Shown: in pieces, positions 1-13,860 of the stretch
How positions within the stretch are numbered: the first letter of the stretch is position 1
Layout: every line of letters begins with the position of its first letter
Origin: Chiloscyllium plagiosum
Lineage: Eukaryota
Direction: 5' to 3'
Length of the DNA stretch: 64,000 nucleotides
NCBI RefSeq assembly: GCF_004010195.1
Contig: NC_057751.1
Coordinates: 8,935,611 to 8,999,610 of the forward strand
Position numbers and translations under genes: made by a program
The notes under the pieces: model-generated
What the model was told of the DNA's origin: nothing
What the model saw: only the letters and a program-made list of their open reading frames with translations
Databases searched by the model: none

Positions 1-1069
1 TGTCTTCATTTGTACATTTTTCAAACTTGGTAATTCTCAGAGGTTTGGAATGTTTACAGAATTATTTTGCAGATGTTTATGGCAGAGAGTTTCCAAGGTT
101 GAAAGGTGACCATCATTGTGTGAAGCTCATTAGAGAAAGCAGAAGAAATCAAGAGCAAAAATCTTAAAATCTTGGAAAAGGGACAACATTCATGTTCCCT
201 CTCAATTTCACTTTTGCAGTTACTCCTCACGTTCTCTCCTCCTTTTCACAATGAACTGCTGATCATACCTCAGATCTAGCTGGTCCTTCATCCTCCATGG
301 CTGCAATTCAAGAACCTTTTAATACTCTGAATTTCCATGGATATAATTATTTTACACATGCTTTTTTGTTTATCTTGCTTATTCTGACTGTGCATATGAG
401 ATATTAAATTTTAACAAATTATTCCCTTGACATTTTTCTGAGTAAGTGAATGACTGGGCCATAAAAGCCAGGAAGATCCAATTTCCCCTCTGTACATGTA
501 CTGAATTGACTAAGCGGAGAAAGCAACATTTGGGAGGCTGTACTTCATCTCAACCAGGAGTACATCGGGGAAATTGTTGGCAATTAAGGCATTTCGTGGA
601 GATTGTGTGAAAGGGCTTACAACATCCGAGCTTTCAAGTAAAATGGTCCAGAAGTGACAGCTCCTTCTCTGACTATCTGCGAGATGAGAGATGTGAAATT
701 CTTGTTACTATTGACTCCAAACCAGATCAAAACTGCAGAATATTGGAGGGGAAAAGGAAACAGTCAACAGTCAGGGTTGGGAATTGAGTTGGGTAGAGGG
801 GAATGGTGAAATCAGGCGGAAGAGTGTACGAAGGGGTAACAGAAATAGGAATGCGCAAGCTGGGGAATGATGCACCTGGAGAATTGATGACCAGAAGGGA
901 TAAAGACTTAAGAATGAGCAAATAAAGGGACTCAGGGTTACTTGGAATATGGCCCAGGCAAGAGAGGAGATTGGGGCTTGAGAGAGCATTTAGACTGGGA
1001 AATTCAGTTCAGGAGGTGGAGGAGAAAGAAGGACTGGAAGATACAGATAAGGTGATTGATTTGCCTCTC

Positions 1070-1640
1070 AGCTTAAAATATGTCCTCCAATTTTGAACTC
1101 TCCAACATGAGGGAAAACCTTGTTATTTTCCTTATCCATGCCCCTCATGATTTTATAAACCTCAAAAAGGACACCCCACAACTTCTTCTGCTCCAGTGAA
1201 AAACATCCCAGCCTTTCTAGCCTCTCCTTATAACTCAAACCCTCCAGTCTCAGTAACTTCCAGTAAATCCTTTCTGAATCTGCCCCAATTTAATAATCTA
1301 CTTTGTACAGCAGGGCAACTGGAATTGTACACAGTACTACGAACGTGGCCTTACCAGTGTCCTGTACAACTTTAACATGACAGCATATACTCAATGGTCT
1401 ACCTGCAATGCAACTTTCAAAAAACTATGTACCTGAACCCTCTCTGTTCGACAACACTGTATAAGTCCTGCCCTTGTTTGCTTTACCAAAATGCAACACA
1501 TGGCATTCCTCTAAATTAAACTCCATCTGCCATTCCTCAGCCCAAATCATCAAGATCCCTTTGTAATTTTAGATAACCTTCTTCACTGTCCTTCACAACA
1601 CAAATTTTGGTGTCATCTGCAAACTTACTAACCATCCTTA
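1070..1640 (-). mobile_element. CR1/HER1-type LINE fragment (RT C-terminal region)
   Basis: Minus strand at ~1601-1640 reads RMVSKFADDTKI (RT catalytic motif); the remainder resembles the other CR1 copies in the window (e.g. 51700-51770). Confidence 0.85.
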
Positions 1641-1695
1641 CTCCGACACTAACAAGCATAGTTAGTGTATCTTCACAAAAAGTACTGCAGTAGTT

Positions 1696-2288
1696 TATTA
1701 TTGTTCAGAACAAAACCCCTCTAATCTATCAAAGGTATTGCCTCCACCCCAACATTTTCTTATTTTCAAAGCAAGTGCCAGGCGTTGCATTCTGGGTGCA
1801 ATTCAATTGGTCAATCTACCAGGCTTGAAGCAAACACACTTCATTCATACACTTCAGTTAAAATACAGACAAAATAAAAACAAAAGAATCGCTTCGCTGT
1901 AAATCTACTGAAGTAATTAACAAAACAATCAACTACTTATTCACTGTTCCAATAGAGTAATATCCCATAAGCATACTCTTGGCAAAGGCAAATCCAGTAA
2001 CATAGATTCTGTCACATGCAATTCCAGCAGCAGGAAGATAACCCAAGCTTTTAGCTGCAGCAAAGAAAGAGCAAAATGCAGCAGATTTCACAACTCCAAC
2101 AGCTACTGAGAGCTAAGATTAAAATCCTGGTTCTGTGGGAGTTTGACCCCACCCATTTCAGACTGCTTCTATCGTTCCAACTTGTACAAAACACCCAAAG
2201 TCTCACAAATGGTTTATTTCATTGATTTGGAGGAGAGTCTCGGCACCTTGGTCTCAATCTCTCATCACAAAGCCATAGTATCATCACA
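1696..2288. mobile_element. Solo LTR (Gypsy/ERV-type), decayed
   Basis: Starts tattattgtt (probably a decayed TGTTAT) and ends tcatcaca. Imperfect 4-bp TSD agtt/ggtt; it interrupts a Crack-like LINE 3' end (gtactgcagt|ggttcaagaagg). Patchy similarity to the LTR at 35128-35685. Confidence 0.6.
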
Positions 2289-3204
2289 GGTTCAAGAAGG
2301 AAACTCACCACCTTCTCAAGAACAATGAATGATGGACAATATTTTGTTTCCCTCGCCAACACAGCCATATTCCACGAATGAATGAAAGAAAACAGTTATG
2401 GAGGTGGTGGCATGTTACAGTTCACTCAGGTGGTCAAAATTGTTGTGGCAACATGCGCTTTACATTCATGTTGTAGTTTGGCACTATGGATGGTAACGGT
2501 AGAGACTACAATGTTCTTTCCATCACACAGCTGATCAGGAATCTCTACCTCTCTTTCTACCGGACACTGAGGATGTAATACCTGCAGGAAAACATCTGCC
2601 CACAATTAGATTGACTGAAATCACTGGAGATCATCGCTGAGAGAATCAGAGGCTGAACGCTTTCTCTGGCGCAGCATTTGCTGAGAGCAAAACAATATCA
2701 GTGGTCATTCAAAGCATCAATGTGATGATGTACTTCTCTTCCAAGTGATACAGTAAAACATCCCAGAGTAGGTTCACAGTCAGCAGTGGAATACATGACT
2801 GTACGGACATATAATTTCACAGATCAAGGAACATGCTATCTTGTAAAACCAACAAATTTTCACCCAAAATGCTGCTTTATATTCAAAAATGTAATCATTC
2901 CATGGAGAAATTAAAGTCCTGCAAATTACTGGTGTGCTGACAAGTAGGATTTCATGGGGCTGGAACAATCAGGGAATTAACATTACTACATTATGAGTGG
3001 ATATATTATAGTGAGCCCAACATTATCTCACAGCATTGACTCAATTTTTGGGAATATCAAACCAAGTACAAATTCCTCATCCTGCTGCCTTCACTTTCAT
3101 GATCATTCTGAATGTTGAAATAACATGTAGCCATCTATTCAAACTATCATGACATCTGTGTGTCTGGACTACAATGGGAACAGGGTCAAACCTCCATGCA
3201 TTTT

Positions 3205-4255
3205 TAAATTCATTCATAGGGTATGGGCATTGTTGAGACTGCATTTAATGCCTTTCCCTTGTTATCCTTGAGCTGCCTTCTTGAGTCACTGCAGTCCATG
3301 TGCTGCAGGTAGACCACAATGTCCTTAGGGAGGAAATTCCAAGATTTTGACCCAACAACAGTGAAGGAAGAGCAATGTATGTCCAAGTAAGGATGGTGAG
3401 TGGCTTGGAGGGGAATTTGTCAGTGGTGGTGTGTGTACCCATGTATCTGGTGCTCTTGTCCTTCTAGGTGAAAGTGGTTGTGGAATTACAAGGTGCTGTC
3501 TGAGGATTTTTGGTGAATTTCTGCAGTACACTGAGCATCAGTAGTGGAAAGACTGGATGCTTATAGATATGGTGCCAATCAAGTAGGTGGCTTTGTCTGG
3601 GATGGGATTCAAAGGTAATAATCACACAACACCAGGTTATAGTCCAACAGGTTTTTTTGGAAGCATGGGCTTTTGGAGCGCCGCTCCTTCATCAGGAGGT
3701 TGTGGAGAATAAGACCATAATGGTCTTACCTCTCCGCAACCACCTGATGAAGGATCCACACTCCGAAACCTAGTGCTTCCAAATAAACTTGTTGGACTAT
3801 AACCTGGTGTTGTGTGATTATTAACTTTGTCCACCCCAGTCCAACACCGGCTCCTCCACATCTTGGATGGTGTTGAGCTCCTTTGGTGTTGTTGGAGCTA
3901 CGCTCATCAAGGCAAGTGGGGAGTGTTCCAACACAGTCCTGACTTGTGCCTTGTTCATGGTGGGCAGGCTTTAGGGAGTCAGAGGTGAGTTAGCTGCTGC
4001 AGTATTTCTTGTTTCTGATCTTCTCTTGGAGCCACTATTTTTATATGGTGAGTCCAGTTGAGTTTTGGGTCAAGAGCAAGACCTAGGATGATGATTGTGA
4101 TGGGGCAGCGGTTAGATTGTCTCTTGTTGGAGATCGCCATTGCCAGCATATGTCTGGTGCAAATGTTACTTACCACTTGTCAGCCTCAGCCTGGATATTT
4201 TCTATGTCTTGTTGCCTTTGGGCCCGGACTGGTTCAGTATCTGAGGAGTTGTGAA
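3205..4255 (-). mobile_element. CR1/L2-group (Crack-like) LINE 3' portion, interrupted by a PLE palindrome
   Basis: Minus-strand ORF remnants MYCRNSPKILRQHL (3325-3531) and LDPKLNWTHHIK (3979-4176); the same sequence family occurs at 19680, 33320, 54570 and 63320. Confidence 0.75.
3611..3862 (+). mobile_element. Penelope-like palindromic mini-element, family B, with hammerhead motif
   Basis: Imperfect inverted arms 3611-3718 / 3720-3828 (centre aagaccat-a-atggtctt) plus a one-sided tail to 3862. cac-CTGATGA-a-ggatccacactcc-GAAA-cctA-gtg at 3741-3775. Confidence 0.8.
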
Positions 4256-4269
4256 CCCCACTTCTGACG

Positions 4270-4585
4270 CACAGTGCTGCACAGTCAGCAATGCTGTCTG
4301 CTTTTTCAGCTGGACATCAATGATCCCCTGGCACTGCTTCAAAAGAAGTTATATCTCCCTTGTGTATCCTGGGCATTCCTCACCCACTACTAAAACTCAC
4401 ACTGAGAAACAGGTGATCTGAATATTGTGACATTACTGCTTGAAGTAGTTTATCATACATTAGTTGCTATGTTCAATGCATTATAACAGTGAGGACACTT
4501 CAAAAGTATTTAATTGGCTGTTAGGCATTTTCAGACCTCCTGATGTCTTTAAAGGCACTATAGAAATCCAAATCTCTCTTTTCTA
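4270..4585 (+). mobile_element. SacSINE1/DeuSINE-like SINE, old
   Basis: Deu-domain-like gatcccctggcact...tcctgggca and L2-type tail acacttcaaaagtatttaattggctg...aaaggcactatagaaat. Confidence 0.7.
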
Positions 4586-4607
4586 ACTGGCAACAGTTCA
4601 GTTATCC

Positions 4608-5287
4608 ACCAGTGCATCCACCTGGACACCCTGCGCTGGCCTATTACCTGTCCTCGACCTCTTCATTTCCAACTGCCGCCGGGATATTAACTGCCTCAAC
4701 CTGTCTACCCCCCTCCCCCACTCCAACCTCTCACCCTCACAATGCACAGCCCTCCAATCCCGACCTCACCATCAAGCCAGCAGATAAAGGGGGCACAGTG
4801 GTAGTCTGGCGCACTGACCTCTGCACTGCTGAAGCCAAACGCCAACTCGAGGACACCGCCTCCTCGACCATGACCCCACCCCCGCATCACCAAACCATCA
4901 TCTCCCAGACCATACAGAACCTCATCACCTCAGGAGATCTCCCATCCACAGCTTCCAACCTCATAGTCCGGGAACCCCGCACTGCCCAGTTCTACCTCCT
5001 TCCCAAGATCCACAACCCTGACCACCCTGGCCGACCTATTGTCTCAGCATGCTCCGGCCCCACTGAACTCATCCCTACCTACCTTGACACTGTTCTATCC
5101 CCCCTAGTCCAGGAACTCCCCACATACGTTCGAGACACCACCCACGCCCTCCACCTCCTCCAAGACTTCCGTTTCCCCAGCCCCCAAAAACAATTCCTGA
5201 TGAAGGGCTTTTGCCCGAAATGTCGATTTCGCTGCTCCTTGGATGCTGCCTGAACTGCTGTGCTCTTCCAGCACCACTAATCCAGAA
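4608..5287 (+). mobile_element. Internally deleted Penelope-like element, family A (RT fragment joined to 3' pLTR)
   Basis: ORF 4612-5253 contains PLE RT motifs IKPADKGG, FYLLPKIH, GRPIVS and LPTYVRDT. It is joined directly to CTGATGAAGGGCTTTTGCCCGAAATGTC (5197-5224). 10-bp TSD tcagttatcc at 4598-4607 and 5288-5297. Confidence 0.9.
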
Positions 5288-8200
5288 TCAGTTATCCTCT
5301 GGCATTCCTTTCCTCAAGCCTTCTGCTTCTCGACAACATTCTTTTCCTTTAGACCCTCCTTGGTACTCCTGTCTGGGGTCACCCATCCCAGTACATCCAT
5401 TTTGGCATTCCCACCATTTTTCCATTACACCCTCACTGGAGAGGTTGAAGGACAACTTTGTAAGAATTCAAAACAAGAAACAGTGGAGGAGGAAAAAGAG
5501 CAGAAAGTGGCAGGCCCTTGGGCTTGCTGTTACCCGAACTACACTTTGCTGCCCAATTTCCATATCCCTTGACTCCTCTGGAGCCAAAAGTCTAACATGC
5601 TCAGCTTTGAATAGACCCAATTGAGCATCCACAGATATCTTGAGAATTAAAGTCCCAAAAATTCACAACTGCCTGTTCTGAAGAAATTTATCCTCATGCC
5701 AACTTGAAGTGTCACTGTTGTACCACTGTTTTCGACCATCCAACCAGAAAAAATGCAGACTTTAAGCATTGATCCTGTCAAGGCCCCTCAGAATTTTATC
5801 ATTTTTAAAACAGTAATCACATGCAGGTTTCAATTTGATCACAGCTCATTCATCTAAATTCCACAAAGTGTCAACTCAAATCTATTCAACCTTATATCAC
5901 TGAACACTTTTCCACATTCAAGTCACTAGAAGAGTGCAAATTGCTGTTGCTGTATATCTGTGTTCAATTTCTAAAATGTATCACTGGCTGGTGACAGGTT
6001 TGCTCTCAGATTATACAGCACTGAGCGCAGCAGAGTAGTGGAACCCAATAGCCTTACTAACTGATCTAACTGGAGAGACATGATGTTTGCTCTTCTGTTT
6101 AAGAAATCTATCATACAGATAGGTGAATAAGGTGTAGTACAATGGGAAAAATATCACAAACATTGCCTGGTGCAGTGTAAAATCAGAGGGTTAACATCTA
6201 AATTTCAGCTGAGAGTGACAACATTTTCAATTGTCTAACCACATCTAACTAAGGATCAACAGAGGAAGTTTGTGCAGATGTGTCCTTACTCACACGGCGG
6301 TGCTTCTTACTCTCTCCAGCTTCGTGCCCAACAGATGGTGCAAATCTGAACAACTCTCAGTGGGGAAAGGACTGCTGTTGTCAGTACTGAGAACAATATG
6401 AAGGATTGGACTGTACACCATAAGTGTTATGAAAACCGACACACCATTTGATTGTACCCATGCCCATACAATCTCTAAAAATCACACATAAAGATTCTGT
6501 CGGCATCACCTTCGGGGTAAATGTAGGAGCCACTCCTGCATGTAAAAGGTTACAGAGCTTTGGAACTTTTTCCCACAAATTGTAATTTTTAAGTTAGATC
6601 AATTGCTAATATTTGAACTGAGATTGATTGACATTTGTAAGCTAAGGCATTCAAGGTTAAGGGAAAATTCAGGTCATAGATCAGCCAAGATCTCATTGAA
6701 TAGTTAATATTCCAATGACTTTCCTGGAAACCCCTCGTACAGAAACCTACTTTCCAAACTTCACCCATGAACCCAACAGTTCCAACTTCTCAAGCTGCAC
6801 CTCCTTACTCATTTGAAAACCAATCTTATTGTGAAGCTACGTACTCCAGGACAGAACTGCAGTTTCTTCAATCCATCTATCAGTCATTTGGCTCCCTGAA
6901 AACGGCATTTATTTTTCCTTTAACTAATTAGAACAGGTATGATTTGTATTGCTTTCTACTCATTTTATCACAAAATTGCCATGACTAATCATTGATCCTT
7001 TGTGCTGTCTGAGCTGGAATGTTCTGTTGGTACAGAATTGTCATAAGTTTCACAATGTCCTTCTGACAATCCCTGGAAGCTAAATTGTTTGTGATACATT
7101 AAAATCAGAGGTATTGAAGATACAGTGCGAAGTTTATTTGAGATCTCTCTCAGTTCATTAATGATCCTCAGTGGACTTATTGTGCCATGTAAATAGCCTA
7201 AAAGTTAGAGCACAGAAACAGGCCATTTGCTCGACTGCTAAGTGGTACTATTTGTGCTGCACATAAGTATGTGTGTCCTGAAGTGAGAACCAATATTGTT
7301 CCTTCTAGTTGTTCTGCTTTTCCAGACAGGAAGGTAGGACAATGGGTATGCCACATCTCAGTCGCTTTCTCCAATCCACAACTCTGACTTCTCTAGGTTC
7401 TTCAAACTTTGTATCTTGTAAAGTCCATATTTTAATAACTGCACCACTGCACTGTCTTCAGCACTGAGTTTGGGAAAGTTTCCCTGAATCTCTCTGTCTC
7501 ATGAACTTTCTGGCTTCCTTTAAGACATTACTTAAACCGCAATTTGTGACTAAGATTTAGAGTGTTGTTTAAATATTTCATTACATGGCTAAGTGTTATT
7601 TTGGAACACGACAGTGAAGTAACTTGGGGTGTTTGCCTTTGTTGAAGGTATTATACAAAGAGTTGCTGGGTTATCTCGGTTTCTGTGTAACAAATGCAAA
7701 AGACCTAATAAAATGGAATTTCTGCTTAACAGAAACAGTCATCTTACATTTTTGCTGCACAGTGGGAAAAGGACTGCTCTCTCTTTGGTCTCTAGCTGTC
7801 AGACCAAAATTAGGACTTCATTGTGTAAAGAAATGGTACACCAAGCTATCTACCCTATGACTCCTTTTCACAGCAATTCCTGCAATTTGCGAGGCACAGG
7901 TGAATCTGATACCCCCCAAAAAAACACAAAAACAAAAGAAAGAAAAGTCTCTGCTTTTATTTATTAGGACGAGCTGAGCCACATTATTGGAGTAAATCAC
8001 ACTTTACTCTGCATCTAATCCATGTTCGACTATTTCTAGAAGTGTTTGGCGGGACAGTGTAGAGGTACATTTACATTTTTACTCTCAGTTTAAAACAGTA
8101 GAGGAGCTTTATTCTTTTCTCGCATGCCAAGCTTCTTCTGTTTGTATTTACTGCTGACAATAGCTTCTGAAGTGTTTCATTACATAGCAGCAGCAACCTG

Positions 8201-9322
8201 ATTGACAAGCACAAATTACACTAAAATAATTAATCACAAAAACAGAAGCCAATATCAAGCCACTCAGCCCTCCCCGCTGCAGTAAATGCTAATTGTTAAC
8301 CACTTTGCCAGAAAGAAATCTTGATGTTCATGGTTACTTGTGAGATTCTCAAAAAATAAATGCGAGTACAAGAGGTTAAAGTTCTTGAAAATTCTGCGGT
8401 CAAATTGTCACCGTGACATGAGTAAAGTGCACCGCAAAGACGATGCAAGTAAAGAATTTAAATGTTTCTCAGCTGTGGACCTGACTCTTATCAACAAAAA
8501 TCCAAAACTGCAAGATGTTCTCAATGTCACTAATTTAATATTTATATCCATATAATATTAAATAATAATTTCAAGAAAAGAACACATGCAGCACATGTTT
8601 TTCACTTAGCATTGATGCAACAAAAATGTGAGTTCTTCAAATTAATTATTTAACTCGAGTATGGTAGTTACTTTCCTGCATTAACAAGCGCAAAAAAGTA
8701 TTAGATTAGTCAAGGCTCAATGGAAACATTCAAAAACTCAGAAAACAGCTTCTTTGAGTAAGCAATATAGACCATGAAGGACCTCAGCAAAACAACAATG
8801 AAACCTATATGATCAAAATAGCTGCCAATGTTCAACAAACACCAATCAAAGTGAACAGCTAAGTCTGCTAATTTTTCACAACTGACATGGGGGAAACTGA
8901 AATTACAGGCATCTGGATGACAAATCAAACTAGTATCTTTTAATATGTTTAATTGAGAAAACGCTTTCACGTATGAAGTCATGTCGAGCGAGAAATGTTT
9001 CGTATTGTACAACTCAAAATATTTTCATGAGGATAGAGGAAATAGGAACAGTAGGCTACACTGTTCCTTAAACCTGCGCTGCCATTCAGTAACATAATGG
9101 TTCATCTTGGATTCACCTCCTTTCTTCTTTTGTTTTTTTCCATATCCCTCACTCCAGATACAAATTTGGCAAGATGCAATCTCCAATCCTGGCAAACCTG
9201 AATTCTCAATGAATAGAGTAGGGGCTATTGTCATTAACATGGAGTTGTTGGGCTGTACGACTTGTTTTTGCACTGCAAACACACACAAGAATATACAAAA
9301 GCACTGAAGTGTTATTCAATAG

Positions 9323-9502
<180 letters not shown>

Positions 9503-11698
9503 TAGGAAACAGTGTTTTACTTCCTTCAAATGTCCCTCCAGGGGAGTGGCAGTAAAGTGTTCTGAGCTGTGCCTGATCAACCACAGTGTGTGGTGTTGAA
9601 TATTTTCAAGCAGATGTTTGTGATAGCCTTAGATTGTAGACCTGTTTCTAATGTGAGGAGTCAAAGTATCCAGAATGATTTTGAACATATTATTACAGTA
9701 CAGTGGAGAAGGTTGAGGACATCATGGCACATTTACATCAGGCACTGAATGTTTACTAGCACGCGATGGTGAAGTCCATGGAGAATGTACTCGATGCATA
9801 GTACCTCGTCGTTGTGGCAAGTGATTTAGAGACAAAGATTATGATGGCACATGTGTGGTAAATCATTATAAGAAAAGATGGAAAATGTAGTCATTTGGGA
9901 TCAGTAATTCCAGAGTGCACGAAGATTCTTCAAACCAGAACATTGTCCATGCCTATATTACAGCAGTAAATTCTAAGTTAAAATATAGGGACCTACCTCG
10001 CTAAAGAAGAAAAATTAGAACTTTTATTACCATTGATTTTTAAAACTTCTGGCTTTCATTAAAATTGAGTATCAAGACCCAGTGGACTTGTCGATGAACC
10101 TCAATTTCACCCAAACTTCTTCCAATTCTCTGTCTTGCCCCAAGCCATGAAGAATCAGGAAAAGAAACTGCTCACTAGCTGTTCACCAGTTACTGAAACT
10201 ACTTCCCATATTATGTTACCAATCTGCTCATTATATTACCAAGCCAATTCATAGCAGATGCTTTAAGTCTCTGGAGTCCCCAGTTGAAGATCATGTGATT
10301 CAGTTGTGTGCCATCCTTGTTATCTTTATTCTTTAAACTGGAGAAGATTTTGGGAGGTCACTGTTGCACCATCAAATATAGCTTAAGTCTCCTTATTGTA
10401 CAGAACTGGAAATAAGCATAAAAGGTCAAGGGGAAAGTGTGTCCCTACAACCTCACTGAAATAGCTATTCTTTCACCTGAACCTAATTATTGTTGACAGG
10501 GCACTGTAATTGTGGCTGAAGAGCTTGTCGTTTGATAGTTGTGCACTGACTTTCCAACAGTGGTCACTGGATCACAATTACTATGCTGATGAAGACTGCA
10601 CGTTTTTCACAGAGCTTCTAAAGTTTCGTGATAATTGGGTCATTTTAAGATTGGATAGAAGTTAACATGCTCCTGTAAAATGAACCCATGCAAACAATAT
10701 GTTGCACGAACTACAAAATCTAAGACAGAAAGTGGAACCTGTGATGGATGTAAAGCAGCTGCAATCTGGAGGAGGAAACCTGACTGAAATCTCACTCGTC
10801 AAGTTGAGGTGCATTGGTGCTAATTGGCAATACATTGGCTGAGGGCAGTTAACAGTAAGAGGGCATGAAATGTGCAACACCACAGCTAAGCAGTACATTT
10901 GAACTTGCTTGATAATAATACTACAGTGTTGATCCTGTCATGACAGTTTTTACACTCCATTTATTTCAGAAATGGGTGAGCTAGATTCAAAGTTATGCAC
11001 TTTCTCAAATTGACCAGACAGCCATTTTTGTTAATTTTTCTCTGGAATAACTGGTGAAAATTTTTCTAGAGATTAGAAATGTGAACCATTGCTTATTAGC
11101 ACACAGAACATTTAACCAACCAGGCAGAAACAATCTGGGATACATTGAAGGAGGTGTCACTCTATTCAGACAAACACAATTATCAGCAGTGTAGTCATCT
11201 GGCGATTGCTCCTATGTTCCCATTTGCAAAAATATTGAGAGAGATGTTAGGTTAATCATGACATGGAAGCCATACTCAAACTTAGGCACAGTGGGGCTGG
11301 ATTTCAGTTGTCATGCAATTCCCTGATAGCAGATGTTAATGGAAGGGAAAACAATGATGAACACACTGTGGATCTGAGCTTCTGGTAAATTTATGAGTTA
11401 ATGGGATGTGACCAACACTGGCCATAGTAGCAATTATTGTCCATCCCTCACTGTACTGGAGAAAAAGGTGGTGAAACACATTTTTGACATGCAGCAATTC
11501 ATGTGGTGTAAATACACAGACATGCTGCTTGAAATGTAGTTTAAATGACACTTGAAGAAATGGCAATACGTTTCAGTTAGGATGGTGTGTGATTGAAGGA
11601 AAACTTCTTGGTTATGATGTTCTCTTGTGTTTACTACAATTGTATTTGTAGCCATGAAAGGTGCTCCTTAAGGAAATCAATAAGATTCTGTTTAAACT

Positions 11699-12020
11699 TT
11701 AGATTAGATTAGATTCCCTACAGTGTGGAAACAGGTCCTTCGGCCCAACCAGTCCATACTGACCCTCCGAAGAGTAACCCACCCAGACCCATTTCCCTCT
11801 GACTAATGCACCTAGCACTATGGGCAATTTAGCATGGCCAATTCACCTGACCTGCACATCTTTGGACTGTGGAAGGAAACCTGAGCACCCGGAGGAAACC
11901 CACACAGACACAGGGAGAATGTGCAAACTCCACACAGACAGTTGCCTGAGGCTGGAATCAAACCTGGGACCCTGGTGCTGTGAGGCAGCAGTGCTAACCA
12001 CTGAGCCACTGTGCTGCCCC
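11699..12020 (-). mobile_element. HE1-type V-SINE
   Basis: tRNA-like head (tggctcagtggttagc ... ggtttgattcc), V-domain tgtgtggagtttgcacattctcc, CR1-like tail ending (taatc)n. Confidence 0.92.
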
Positions 12021-13447
12021 TAAATACTGGAATGGGAATGTAGTTATCACACAGCAACAGACAACAGGTGGGGAAGCTTTTCTTTGGTGAAAAAGAATAT
12101 TTCTTAAAATTTCACAAAATTTTATGGCACTGAGGTTTTTCTACCATTGATATAATGAGTTAGGTTGCTTCCTGCCTTGTTCACTGTCACAGTCACACAG
12201 TCCTGAATATTGGGTCACAGTCCTCTGACTTGTAAAGGGCAGTGATGAAATGTTAGAGTCAAATTCCTCATTATTTCATCTGAAATGCCACCACTGAGAC
12301 CTCAGGCAACCAATGTGACGTCTATTAACAAAATAATCAGCTTTTTTTAAAAAAATAACAGGAGTAAACAAAAATGGCTTCCAATCCTCCCTTGAAAAGT
12401 GAACTCAAGAGACCAGGAAAACTCCAAACCCAACTTGCTGTGCTGAGTTCATTCATCCTATTTTGCCTGAGAGTAAGGACCTTGCTGATTGAAAATTGTC
12501 AGCTTGAGTTAGGCACTCAGAAAATGCATCTGTTAGCTATTAGCAACTGCATCCTGAGGTGTTGTTATGTTGTATAATGGGTTTTTAGTCAAGGTGAAAA
12601 TCAGTGCAGTGAGGCCAAAGGGTTAATGCAATGGGGTAACTCATGTGATCTCAGCAATTAGTAAAGCAAACTTGATTATATTAAGTAACCCTTACCTCAC
12701 ACAAGCATAAAAAAAGTTTTGTCTTTTGTTTACATTCAACGAGCATACAATTCCTGATATTTTCTGTTCATGTATTTTAACTAAAAACAAACTGTGGAAC
12801 TCAACGATCCTGTTTCACGCTTACATTTTTGTTCATACAGTGCTTTCTTGGACAAACCATTAGCCAAGTCCTATTTCCTTTTTAGCTGGATTTTAAATTA
12901 ACTAACATGCCCATCAAGGCAAGATTCAACCCCAACTCTTTCCAGTTGGGAAATTAAATAACCAGATGTCTCCAAGCTCAAACTGAACATTGGGAAACAT
13001 TGAAATGAAGTTTTTTTTATTCTTTTGAGAAACCCCAAGAGAATTACTGTCAACAAGAAAATATGATCCAACACAATACATCATTTAAGAAAAACAAGGA
13101 ACTTTGTTTGACTTTCTATCAGTCCATTAACTACTGCAGAACCCAAGAGTGCCAGGATATGCATGAATCTATGCACAGTGTTCAAAGTATACTAAATGTG
13201 TGTCCACATATCATCACTTCAGTTGAAACCAGCACAAGCCTAATGAAGTTGAACACGATGCTTTGGCAAATTGCACCTCACACTGAAACTTTATTGGGAA
13301 GCAAAGATGAAGGATTCCCAAACATTCTTACATACTAATTCCACCTGCTGCTCACATCTGACTTCAAACACCAAATGAGATGTAATCAGTCCTGTAATAA
13401 CACCAGTAGGAGCTTTAGGAGATGCATTTATTGGCTTTCTTCAGGAT

Positions 13448-13860
13448 AGGCTGGGACTTGTTTCCCTTGGAGTGTAGGATTCTGAGGGCTGACCTGATAG
13501 AAGTTTATAAAATCACGAAGGGCATAGATAAAAGGTGAATAGCCAAAGTCTTTTCCCCATGATAGGGAAGTCCAAAATGAGATGGTCTAAATTAAGAGGA
13601 GAGGAGAAAGATTCACAAGGGACCTGAGAGACAACAGTTGCACACAAAGATGATCATATAAGGAACGAGCTGCCAGAAGTAGTTGATGCAATTACAACAA
13701 TTAAAATATATTTGGACGGGTGCATGAATAGAAAAAGTTTAGAGGGATATGGGCCAAATGCAGGCAGACAGAATGAATTTAGCTTAGGAAAGTCGGTTGG
13801 CATGGGCAAGTTGGGCTGAAGGATCTATTTCCATGCTGTACATCGCTATGATTCTATGCT
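13448..13860 (+). mobile_element. CR1/HER1 LINE 3' end
   Basis: aggggctgacctgatagaagtttataaaatc-type sequence and 3' tail gggctgaaggatctatttccatgctgta...ctatgattctatg. Confidence 0.8.

Noticed and set aside
9046..9070. Hairpin aggaacagt/actgttcct as pre-miRNA
   Set aside because: Only a 9-bp stem; too short.
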